Source: Deltaproteobacteria bacterium (GTDB lineage Bacteria > Desulfobacterota > Desulfuromonadia > Desulfuromonadales > BM103). From it: 31,749 nucleotides of DNA. Both the position numbers and the translations under genes were made by a program. The notes beneath the pieces are model-generated. The model worked only from the letters and a program-made list of their open reading frames with translations. It was not told the origin of the DNA and searched no databases. Below, one piece after another: positions 17,878 to 26,151 of this stretch; position 1 is the first letter of the stretch, and each line of letters begins with the position of its first letter. Location: the NCBI GenBank assembly GCA_019313105.1, contig JAFDBW010000197.1, positions 1-31,749 on the forward strand, given 5' to 3'.

Positions 17878-18795
17878 GTGAACGTGACAGAAAAAACCAG
17901 GCAGATGCTGCCTTTTATAAGTCTTATTCTGGCAATGCTGTTATGGGCCAGTTCTTTTGTCGCTCTGAAGTTGGCTTTCCGCGGCTATCACCCGATGCAG
18001 GTGATCTTCGGCAGAATGTTCATCGCCAGCCTTTGTTTCGTCGTCTTCATTCCCGCATTTCGCAAAATCAAGTGGCGGCGCCGCGACCTGAAGTACCTGC
18101 TGATCATGGCCATCTGCGAACCATGCCTCTACTTCATCTTTGAAGCCAAGGCTCTGGAACTGACCAGCGCCTCGCAAGCCGGGATGATTACCGCAATGCT
18201 GCCTCTGCTGGTGGCAATCCTGGCCTGGAGCGTCCTCAAAGAGAAGATTACCCGTCAGACCCTGACCGGGTTCATCCTGGCGATCCTCGGTGCCTGCTGG
18301 CTGAGCCTTGCCAGCGAGACAACTGCAGATGCTCCCGACCCGCTACTTGGTAATTTCTGCGAATTCCTGGCAATGGTCTGTGCAGCAGGCTACACTGTTG
18401 CACTGAAACATCTCTCCGATCATTATCCGCCTCTCTTCCTGACCGCCTTCCAGGCGTTTCTCGGCAGTGTTTTTTTCTTTCCTTTCCTGCTCATGCCGAG
18501 TGTCGGCATCCCCGGACACCTGGAGACGACTCCATTTCTGGCCGTTGTTTACCTGGGCACGTTCATCACATTCGGCGCCTATGCCTGTTACAATTTCGGG
18601 GTGAGCAGAGTTCCTGCAAGTCAGGCAGCTGGATTTGTCAATCTGATCCCGGTCTTCGGTGTGCTGCTCGGCATTCTGGTCCTTGGCGACAGGCTCAACA
18701 CTGAGCAGTGGCTGGCGTGCGGACTGGTCTTCTGCGGAGTCTGGATCAGCAGCAGACGCAAGGTCACGGTCCTGCCGAGGCCAGCTATAACATAG
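17878..18795 (+). CDS. EamA/DMT-family transporter
   Basis: About 10 hydrophobic segments in two EamA repeats (LWASSFVALK; FVNLIPVFGVLLGILVLGD). The start could be a few codons downstream. Confidence 0.9.
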   Translation: MNVTEKTRQMLPFISLILAMLLWASSFVALKLAFRGYHPMQVIFGRMFIASLCFVVFIPAFRKIKWRRRDLKYLLIMAICEPCLYFIFEAKALELTSASQAGMITAMLPLLVAILAWSVLKEKITRQTLTGFILAILGACWLSLASETTADAPDPLLGNFCEFLAMVCAAGYTVALKHLSDHYPPLFLTAFQAFLGSVFFFPFLLMPSVGIPGHLETTPFLAVVYLGTFITFGAYACYNFGVSRVPASQAAGFVNLIPVFGVLLGILVLGDRLNTEQWLACGLVFCGVWISSRRKVTVLPRPAIT

Positions 18796-18822
18796 CCACC
18801 GAAGGCATCGCCTTACCTTAAA

Positions 18823-20736
18823 TCAGAAGGGTGTGCGGGAAAAATGTCTCTTCGTCGCATCCTGCAGTTTTGACACAGCCTGGAACGACTCTTTCAGGAG
18901 ATCCTGTTCCGTTTTGCTCAGCGCGTAAGGGTCGAGGAAATGCGATGGGGGATGACCGGATTCGATCATGCTGATTTCATGCCTCAGCCTGAGGAAGACC
19001 AGGGCCTCGAATGCGGCCCTGATGTGCTCGGCGGTTTCTATGGCAAAGACATTCTGCGCCACCAAAGCTTGGAGTCGATCCATTGTGGATATCTCCTGAA
19101 TGCCTCTTTCCAGGGCAAACATCCTGACGCAGTCAACAATGTAGACGCAACCACCGTACTTGACCGAAAGCATTCCAGCGTTATGGCCCTCTTTCTCAAC
19201 CGAGAAGCGGCCCAGCAGGCCAAGCGGGACCTTGTAACGCAGATCCAGGGTCATCATGTGATAGAGGAATCCCTGGTGTGTTTCGATACCTCTGACGACC
19301 ATCTCCCGCAAATCGTGGGCCAGTTCAACATCACCCATCAAGGGCAGGAAATCGAAGAAGATCGAGGAATTTCTGACATGAGTCGGTTCCGGATCGAGCA
19401 ACCAGCTGTTGATGCGCTCCTGCCAGTCGACCAGACGGCCGCGCCATTCACTGTTACGGGCCATGACATCACCATCGCAGAGCGGGTATCCCACCCGGTC
19501 GAGGGCCATGTTAAGCCTATCGCTGAAAGGCACAAAAAAAGCGTCCACCTCATCCTGCTGCAGATCGGGAAAATCTTCGAAGATGAACCCGTTATCCTGG
19601 TCGGGCTGTAGCAACATCTCACGGCGACCGGCGCTGCCCATGATCAGGAAGCAATGCCGGATCTCGGGCATCGTCAGCCCTTCCGCAGTCATCTCATCAA
19701 GACATAACTGATAGACACGCCGGATAATCGCGTGATGGATATGGGACAGGATCTCCATGACTTCAGGAGTGCTTCGGGTTTCCGACAACAGCGCACGAGC
19801 GACACCCACCGTTTCCTTGCGAATTGATGCCAGCCCCTCAATCGACTTCTCTTCACGGATATTTCCCAGCAGTAAAAGAGCCTTCTGCGAGCGATATCTC
19901 ATCAAGTCACGGGGCGTAACGATCCCGACAAGCTGGTTGCGATCGATGATCGGCAGATGGTTGAGCCCATGACTGGTCATGAACGCCATGGCTTCGTACA
20001 TGTAGGTATCAGGCGTCATGGTCGGCGGACAGGAACGCATGACATCCCGGGCAGTCATGGAACGGGCATTGACATTATCCGGTGCCAGGACCTTGGCAAC
20101 CAGGTCACTGCCCGTGATGATGCCGATTGGCTCATTCTCGGGATTGACGACCACCAGGAAGTTGATCCCATGCTCTGTTAGACGCCGCGCTACGGCATTG
20201 ACCGTTGTATCAGGCGTGCAGGTAACCACAGGAGAAGACATGATCTCCGAAAGCCGTTTTTTGAAAGGGTATGATTCCACCTGCATCAGGGCTGAACCTG
20301 AATGCTCGGAGACAATTTCCGAATAGAGTTTACGGACTCTGGACAGGACACTGCTGGTGAAGAATTTGCTCAGCTGTGGATATTCATTCTGCAACTTCTG
20401 TAGAACTTCTGCAGGAATCATGTAGCAAATTGTTGGTTTAACGGTCCGGGCCCCGCCTGCATAAGGTTCTCCGGTAAACACCGGAGTTCCACCAAACAGT
20501 TGTCCCTCCTTGCGGTAATCGACCACCATGTCGATTCCCCCTGGCGAAAGCAAGGTGATCGTCACCAACCCTTCCTTAATCACATAAAGGTAGCCAGTCG
20601 GGGGATCATTCTGTTGGAAGATGTCGAAGTTGGCAGGGAATTTCTTCTGGATAGCAGCCTTTCTCAGCTCATTGAATGCTGATTCTGGGAGCTGGTCGAA
20701 AGGTTCGGTTTCTTTTAGATGTTTGATCAACGGCAT
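18823..20736 (-). CDS. cNMP-binding/CBS/DUF294 putative nucleotidyltransferase
   Basis: N-terminal cNMP-binding (CAP_ED-like) domain, CBS pair, NTase motif GSAGRREMLLQPDQDNG and DUF294_C-like C-terminus. Confidence 0.9.
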   Translation of the reverse strand: MPLIKHLKETEPFDQLPESAFNELRKAAIQKKFPANFDIFQQNDPPTGYLYVIKEGLVTITLLSPGGIDMVVDYRKEGQLFGGTPVFTGEPYAGGARTVKPTICYMIPAEVLQKLQNEYPQLSKFFTSSVLSRVRKLYSEIVSEHSGSALMQVESYPFKKRLSEIMSSPVVTCTPDTTVNAVARRLTEHGINFLVVVNPENEPIGIITGSDLVAKVLAPDNVNARSMTARDVMRSCPPTMTPDTYMYEAMAFMTSHGLNHLPIIDRNQLVGIVTPRDLMRYRSQKALLLLGNIREEKSIEGLASIRKETVGVARALLSETRSTPEVMEILSHIHHAIIRRVYQLCLDEMTAEGLTMPEIRHCFLIMGSAGRREMLLQPDQDNGFIFEDFPDLQQDEVDAFFVPFSDRLNMALDRVGYPLCDGDVMARNSEWRGRLVDWQERINSWLLDPEPTHVRNSSIFFDFLPLMGDVELAHDLREMVVRGIETHQGFLYHMMTLDLRYKVPLGLLGRFSVEKEGHNAGMLSVKYGGCVYIVDCVRMFALERGIQEISTMDRLQALVAQNVFAIETAEHIRAAFEALVFLRLRHEISMIESGHPPSHFLDPYALSKTEQDLLKESFQAVSKLQDATKRHFSRTPF

Positions 20737-20792
20737 AGGGATATTAACGTTGCACAGGCTAAATTAATCTAAGAGGCTGCCCTCAAATTCAG

Positions 20793-20825
20793 TGATAATT
20801 TATCATTAATCGCACAGACGGGCAA
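20793..20825 (-). promoter_or_regulatory. Promoter of the DUF294 gene overlapped by a 13-bp palindrome
   Basis: TTGCCC (20825-20820), 17-bp spacer, extended -10 TGa-TAAATT (20802-20797). Perfect inverted repeat TGATAA-T-TTATCA at 20793-20805. Confidence 0.55.
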
Positions 20826-20936
20826 ACGCTTTAAGCTTCCGGAAGGCGTCTTTTGGGACGATTTTGCATCGAGAAAGGAGTTGGCCCCGACCTGGACGCA
20901 TCAGCGAAAGAAGACCGAACCGACTTGTCAAGCAGA

Positions 20937-21701
20937 TCAGGTCAAATTTCGCGGGATATAGGGAGAATGCCATCCCAGTTTGGAGGAAACGATGCCACAG
21001 GTGTCAAGCAGTGGATTCAGAATCTGTTTCTGAATAACTTCGCTGGAGAGACGGAATTCCGGGCCGACGACACAGATTGCCCCATGCAGCTTACCGCCGC
21101 TGCCAAACAGCGGAGCCGCCACACTGGCAATACCTTCTCCCAAAGCATCATTGTCCTGGGCGTAACCATGACCACGGCTTACCGTAAAATGCCTTGCGGC
21201 AGGATTGCCAGGCTCAGCGACGATTTTCTCCTGACCCTTGTTAAAGGCCAGCAGAACCTGACCGGCGGCGGTTGTTTCGAGAGGGAATCGTTTGCCGACC
21301 AGGGAGACGATCTTGACTTTCTGGGTGGTGTCGATCATGTCCAGGAAAAGGACTTCCTTGCGCCGTCGAACCGCGATATAGACCGCCTCATTGCAGCCCC
21401 GGGCCAAACGTTCAACAACCGGACGGGCATGTCTCAACAACCCCATTCGCGACAGGAACTTCTGACCGATTTCATAGGCAGACAGGCCGAGACGGTATTT
21501 TCCCGATTGCTCCTCGCGTTCGACATAGCCGCGATTTTCAAACGTTGCCAGAAGACGGAAAACACTCGTCTTGTTCATGGCAAGCTTTTCACTCAGCTGA
21601 CTGATACGGACGTCGTCGTCTATCTCACTGAGAGCTTCCAACACATCAAGAGCGTTTTCAACGGCTTGTATAGAATATGATTCCTTGTCTCTGGAGGGCA
21701 C
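20937..21701 (-). CDS. IclR-family transcriptional regulator
   Basis: HTH (SIQAVENALDVLEAL...KTSVFRLLATFENRGYV) and effector domain (TAAGQVLLA, GIASVAAPLF). Start set at GTG 21701 with SD GGAG. Confidence 0.93.
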   Translation of the reverse strand: MPSRDKESYSIQAVENALDVLEALSEIDDDVRISQLSEKLAMNKTSVFRLLATFENRGYVEREEQSGKYRLGLSAYEIGQKFLSRMGLLRHARPVVERLARGCNEAVYIAVRRRKEVLFLDMIDTTQKVKIVSLVGKRFPLETTAAGQVLLAFNKGQEKIVAEPGNPAARHFTVSRGHGYAQDNDALGEGIASVAAPLFGSGGKLHGAICVVGPEFRLSSEVIQKQILNPLLDTCGIVSSKLGWHSPYIPRNLT

Positions 21702-21748
21702 GGATAACTCCTTATGGAATCGCAAAAAATAACAAAAAGAACTTGTGT

Positions 21749-21782
21749 GGAATAAAATAATACGCTGTTTTATTATTGTCAA
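21749..21782 (-). promoter_or_regulatory. iclR proximal promoter with overlapping palindromic operator candidate
   Basis: TTGACA (21782-21777), 17-bp spacer, TATTTT (21759-21754); inverted repeat AATAATA-N8-TATTATT at 21756-21777. Confidence 0.6.
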
Positions 21783-21918
21783 CGATTTGCTTAAAAAAGT
21801 TAGTTAAAAGCAAAGCTAGCGGGTGTAAAAAATCCCACTTATTGGGTAAAGGACTCCTGAAAAACATTATATAATCTGATAAACCAGACATTTAACAAGC
21901 TCTGGAGGGAATTATCAC

Positions 21919-21970
21919 GGAATAGAAAAATACCGTTCTAAAATCTTATTTGATAGTTCAGAGAGGTCAA
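21919..21970 (-). promoter_or_regulatory. Second (distal) promoter toward iclR with a second motif copy
   Basis: TTGACC (21970-21965), 16-bp spacer, TAAGAT (21948-21943). GGAATAGAAAAATAC at 21919-21933 matches 21749-21763 at 13 of 15 positions. Confidence 0.45.
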
Positions 21971-21983
21971 CTTTGGTGGTGGA

Positions 21984-22397
21984 TCAGGTATTCAGTCGAT
22001 CAATGATTGGCTGGTCGGCCGGCAGGATGTTGAAATTCACCATTTCGCGCGGCAGGACCCAACGGTGCTCTGCCACACCGAGGTCGCGCAGCGTATCTGT
22101 CAGGAGCTCACATTGGTAGGCAAGGATCAGGACCGGGCCCCACTCGTAACGATAGAAAACAACTTCGTAAATACCGCTGACCCGGACCTCGACATCGAGC
22201 TCTTCCCGCATCTCACGGCAGAGGGCTTGTTCGGGGCTTTCGCCGGGGTCAACCTTGCCACCCGGGAATTCCCAGAAACCAGGATGGCGCTTGTCATCCG
22301 GCCGCCTGGTCAGCAAAACTTTTTCGCCATCAAACACCACGGCAGCAGTAACCAATATCGGCATTTCCGTCTGCTCTGTCCGGCTCTGGAGTTCCAT
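21984..22397 (-). CDS. Nudix hydrolase, MutT/NudG-like (d)NTP pyrophosphohydrolase
   Basis: Nudix box WEFPGGKVDPGESPEQALCREMREEL. Alternative start at ATG 22364. Confidence 0.92.
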   Translation of the reverse strand: MELQSRTEQTEMPILVTAAVVFDGEKVLLTRRPDDKRHPGFWEFPGGKVDPGESPEQALCREMREELDVEVRVSGIYEVVFYRYEWGPVLILAYQCELLTDTLRDLGVAEHRWVLPREMVNFNILPADQPIIDRLNT

Positions 22398-22476
22398 GCC
22401 GCTTACGATAGCAGATCATGATCGGCAATGCCATTGATGAAGCCATAAGCTGAATCAATTTCACCCTTTCATTTGC

Positions 22477-22518
22477 TTGCTGCAAGGGGACGATCATGAT
22501 AATTTGTTGTGATTTTTT
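22477..22518 (+). promoter_or_regulatory. upp promoter with GATTTTTT initially transcribed region
   Basis: TTGCTG (22477-22482), 17-bp spacer, extended -10 TGa-TAATTT (22500-22505), then GTTGT-G-A-TTTTTT (22511-22518). Confidence 0.65.
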
Positions 22519-22548
22519 CTCAGCACGCCACCCGCAAAGGAGACAATC

Positions 22549-23175
22549 GTGTCCGTTCATGAGATCAAGCACCCTCTGGTTCGACACAAGCTGGGCCTGA
22601 TGCGCCGTGATGATGTCAGCACCAAGGCTTTTCGCGAACTCGCCTCGGAAGTTGCGCGCCTGCTGACCTACGAGGCGACCAGCGACCTGGAGACGGAGAA
22701 GGAAACCATCAAGGGTTGGGCCGGGCAGGTCTCGGTCGACACGATCAAGGGCAAGAAGATCACTGTCGTGCCGATTCTGCGTGCCGGGCTTGGCATGATG
22801 GACGGCGTCCTTGACCTGATCCCGAGTGCCAGGGTCAGCGTCATAGGCCTCTACCGCAACGAACAGACGCTGGAGCCCGTCGCCTACTACGAGAAATTCA
22901 CCAGCCGGATTGAAGATCGTACAGCCATGATCCTCGATCCGATGCTGGCGACCGGCGGCAGCGTGATCGCCGCGATCGACATGCTCAAGGAATCGGGCTG
23001 CAAAAAGATCAAGGGTTTATTCCTGGTTGCCGCACCGGAGGGGATTGCCGCACTGCAGAAGAAACATCCGGATGTAGACATCTATGTCGCGGCGATCGAC
23101 GAGAAGCTGAACGAGGTCGGCTACATTCTGCCCGGCCTCGGCGACGCCGGAGACAAGATCTTCGGCACCAAGTAG
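22549..23175 (+). CDS. upp: Uracil phosphoribosyltransferase
   Basis: [22 protein letters not shown] motif [10 protein letters not shown] and [13 protein letters not shown]; GTG start with SD AAGGAG. Confidence 0.98.
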   Translation: MSVHEIKHPLVRHKLGLMRRDDVSTKAFRELASEVARLLTYEATSDLETEKETIKGWAGQVSVDTIKGKKITVVPILRAGLGMMDGVLDLIPSARVSVIGLYRNEQTLEPVAYYEKFTSRIEDRTAMILDPMLATGGSVIAAIDMLKESGCKKIKGLFLVAAPEGIAALQKKHPDVDIYVAAIDEKLNEVGYILPGLGDAGDKIFGTK

Positions 23176-23251
23176 CGACCCGGTCAAGGGCGCCTTTTTA
23201 CCCGGCGTTTCCGGGCAGACAAGCAAAAAATTCATTACAGGAGCATATTCA

Positions 23252-24568
23252 ATGTCAGAGAACCTGCAGGACAATACGTTCAGCCTCAACCCCAAGCAGA
23301 TCGTCATTGGCGCCCAGATGCTCTTTGTCGCTTTCGGCGCACTGGTGCTGGTCCCACTTCTGACCGGGTTGAATGCCAATGTCGCGCTCTTTACGGCCGG
23401 CGCCGGCACATTGGTATTCCAACTGGTCACACGCGGCAAGGTCCCGGTGTTCCTGGCTTCCAGTTTCGCCTTCATCGCGCCGATCATCTACGGTGTACAA
23501 CAGTGGGGCATTCCCGGCACGATGTGCGGCCTTGCTGCAGCTGGACTGCTTTACGTTCTTATCAGCCTCGGCATAAGGGTCTTCGGTTCCGATATCCTGC
23601 ATCGCATCCTGCCACCGGTCGTGACCGGACCCGTGATCATGGTCATCGGCCTGGTCCTGGCCCCGGTCGCCGTGCACATGGCCTCTGGCCGAACCGGTGA
23701 CGGCGCCGCCTGGCTGGTTCCGCAGCCGACTGCCTACATGGTTGCAGGAGTGGCGCTGATCGTTACCGTCCTCGTTTCGTTGCTTGGCAAAGGGCTGTTC
23801 AGGCTGATCCCGATCCTCTGCGGCATCACCGCCGGTTACCTTACTGCTCTCGGACTCGACTTGAGCGGAATTTCAAGTTCGATCCAGGCGAGCTTTGATC
23901 CAGGCGAGCTGCAGAACTGGACCGGACCGACGCTGATTTCGATGCAGAAGGTCCTCGATGCGCCATGGCTGGCAGTTCCGGACTTCACCCTGCCGGTCTG
24001 GAATCTCGAAGCGATTTTCTTTATTGTACCGGTCGCGATTGCCCCGGCGATAGAACACTTCGGCGACGTCCTGGCGATCGGCAGCATCACCGGCAAAGAC
24101 TATGTCGACGATCCCGGCATACACAAAACCATGCTCGGCGACGGGCTCGCCACCAGCCTGGCGGCGTGTCTCGGCGGACCGCCCAACACCACCTACTCCG
24201 AGGTCTCCGGCGCCGTGGCCCTGACCCGCTCCTTCAACCCGTTTATCATGACCTGGGCAGCCATTGCAGCAATCCTGCTCGCCTTCATTGGCAAGCTCGG
24301 TGGCTTCCTCAACACCATCCCGGCACCGGTCATGGGCGGCATCATGGTCCTGCTGTTCGGCGCGATTGCAGTGATCGGCATCAACACCCTGGTCAGGGCG
24401 GGCACCGACCTGATGCAGCCGCGCAACCTGACGATCGTTGCAGTCATACTGGTGTTCGGGATCGGCGGCATGAACTTCGACCTGACCGTTGTCAAGCTAG
24501 GTGGAATCGGCCTGGCCGGCATTATCGGTGTAGTGCTGAACCAGATTTTGCCGCAGGCGAGAAGTTGA
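23252..24568 (+). CDS. uraA: Uracil permease (NCS2/UraA)
   Basis: GAQMLFVAFGALVLVP, NCS2 signature PNTTYSE, multiple TM helices; follows upp as in E. coli. Confidence 0.95.
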   Translation: MSENLQDNTFSLNPKQIVIGAQMLFVAFGALVLVPLLTGLNANVALFTAGAGTLVFQLVTRGKVPVFLASSFAFIAPIIYGVQQWGIPGTMCGLAAAGLLYVLISLGIRVFGSDILHRILPPVVTGPVIMVIGLVLAPVAVHMASGRTGDGAAWLVPQPTAYMVAGVALIVTVLVSLLGKGLFRLIPILCGITAGYLTALGLDLSGISSSIQASFDPGELQNWTGPTLISMQKVLDAPWLAVPDFTLPVWNLEAIFFIVPVAIAPAIEHFGDVLAIGSITGKDYVDDPGIHKTMLGDGLATSLAACLGGPPNTTYSEVSGAVALTRSFNPFIMTWAAIAAILLAFIGKLGGFLNTIPAPVMGGIMVLLFGAIAVIGINTLVRAGTDLMQPRNLTIVAVILVFGIGGMNFDLTVVKLGGIGLAGIIGVVLNQILPQARS

Positions 24569-24602
24569 CAACCTCACCGAAAAGCAACTTTATGAATTAA
24601 GG

Positions 24603-24628
24603 GCGCCTTGCCAACAGGGCGCTTTTTT
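24603..24628 (+). terminator. Rho-independent terminator of upp-uraA
   Basis: 8-bp stem GCGCCTTG-ccaa-CAGGGCGC followed by TTTTTT. Confidence 0.85.
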
Positions 24629-24768
24629 ATGAACCCATTATCCGCTTTCAGAGGACCACGCCACATTTTGCATGATATTGGTGCTTATAATGTGGCTCAT
24701 AACGGGAACCGTGTGTGGTGCATGAAGGGTCATGAAAACGGTTCTATACACAAATGATCCTGATTGCT

Positions 24769-24796
24769 TTGACCCCACCCCCTGGCCGGTTATAAT
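24769..24796 (+). promoter_or_regulatory. sigma70 promoter of lhgO
   Basis: TTGACC, 16-bp spacer, TATAAT. Confidence 0.6.
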
Positions 24797-24871
24797 TCAA
24801 ACAACACAATTCAGCCAGCGGCCGAAGTGTTTGCAGGACGATCCTGAACCAGCAAGGGAATACACCAAAGG

Positions 24872-26080
24872 ATGAGCACGACAACTGACCTGGCTATCAT
24901 CGGCGGCGGCATCATCGGCTGCGCCTCGGCGCTGGCGATCATGACCCGCAACCCCGGGTTAAAAATCACTCTTTTCGAGAAAGAGTCGCATCTGGCCGGA
25001 CACCAGACCGGGCATAACAGCGGCGTGATCCATGCCGGCCTCTATTACCGCCCCGGCTCACTGAAGGCAATCACCTGCTGCAGCGGGAGAGAGGCCCTTT
25101 ACCGTTTCTGTAGCGAGCACGGCATTCCTCACCAGCGTTGCGGCAAGGTCGTCGTCGCCGTGGACGAAACCGAAGTACCGGCACTCGAAGAACTCGAACG
25201 CCGCGGCCGAGCCAATGGCCTGGATGGGTTACAGCGCCTGTCACCTGCGGAGCTGAGAGAACGTGAGCCACACGTCAGGGGAATTGATGGCCTGTTCGTT
25301 CCGCAGACCGGGATAGTTGATTATGGGCAGGTCACCAGGAAAATGGCCGAGATCTTTCGCGCACGCGGCGGAGAAGTTAAACTCGGTATGCCGATCAACA
25401 GGATTCGCAAAGAGAAAAGCGGCTACCTGCTCGAGGGTGGCCATAGCTCCTTCAGCGCCGGTGCCCTGATCAACTGTGCCGGGCTTCACGCCGACCGGGT
25501 CGCCCGGTTGGCCGGATTGCACCCGACGATGCAGATTGTGCCATTCCGTGGCGAGTATTACCAACTCAAAAAAGAGAGCAGCGAACTAGTCAAGCACCTC
25601 ATCTATCCTGTCCCCGATCCACAGATGCCTTTTCTCGGTGTCCATTTCACACGCATGATCGACGACACGGTCGAAGCCGGGCCGAACGCCGTATTGGCCA
25701 TGCAACGCGAGGGATACCGGCGCAGGGACATTTCCCCTTCGGACCTCATAAGGACTCTGGCCTTCAGCGGATTCTGGAAGCTGTCTGCACGTTTCTGGCG
25801 GTTGGGGATAGAGGAATACGGGCGGTCTTTTTCAAAAGCCCTGTTCGTCAAGAGTCTGCAACGCCTGATACCGGAAATCCGGAGTAACGACTTGGTAGCG
25901 GGAGGGAGCGGCGTACGCGCGCAGGCGGTTGACCACCGGGGGCAATTGCTCGATGATTTTTACATCATCAGCGAAGGTCGCATGGTCCATGTCCTCAATG
26001 CCCCGTCCCCTGCGGCGACGGCATCCTTGAGCATCGGTGAACAGATCGCGGACCAGTTCATGTCTCTGCCAAGCCGTTGA
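24872..26080 (+). CDS. lhgO: L-2-hydroxyglutarate oxidase/dehydrogenase (LhgO family FAD protein)
   Basis: Rossmann IIGGGIIG, HQTGHNSGVIHAGLYYRPGSLKA, PFRGEYY, FLGVHFT, GVRAQA and NAPSPAATASLSIG. Confidence 0.92.
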   Translation: MSTTTDLAIIGGGIIGCASALAIMTRNPGLKITLFEKESHLAGHQTGHNSGVIHAGLYYRPGSLKAITCCSGREALYRFCSEHGIPHQRCGKVVVAVDETEVPALEELERRGRANGLDGLQRLSPAELREREPHVRGIDGLFVPQTGIVDYGQVTRKMAEIFRARGGEVKLGMPINRIRKEKSGYLLEGGHSSFSAGALINCAGLHADRVARLAGLHPTMQIVPFRGEYYQLKKESSELVKHLIYPVPDPQMPFLGVHFTRMIDDTVEAGPNAVLAMQREGYRRRDISPSDLIRTLAFSGFWKLSARFWRLGIEEYGRSFSKALFVKSLQRLIPEIRSNDLVAGGSGVRAQAVDHRGQLLDDFYIISEGRMVHVLNAPSPAATASLSIGEQIADQFMSLPSR

Positions 26081-26151
26081 TCTCGAGGGCAAGGTATCTC
26101 CTGAGGGTCTTGAGTCGGACGCCAACCATCTAGACAGACCCTCCGCAGGAA

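Noticed and set aside
26099-26149. Inverted repeat between convergent lhgO and the hydrogenase large subunit as a bidirectional terminator
   Set aside because: The 8-bp arms (GAGGGTCT/AGACCCTC) have a 25-nt loop and no U-tract on either strand; too weak to call.
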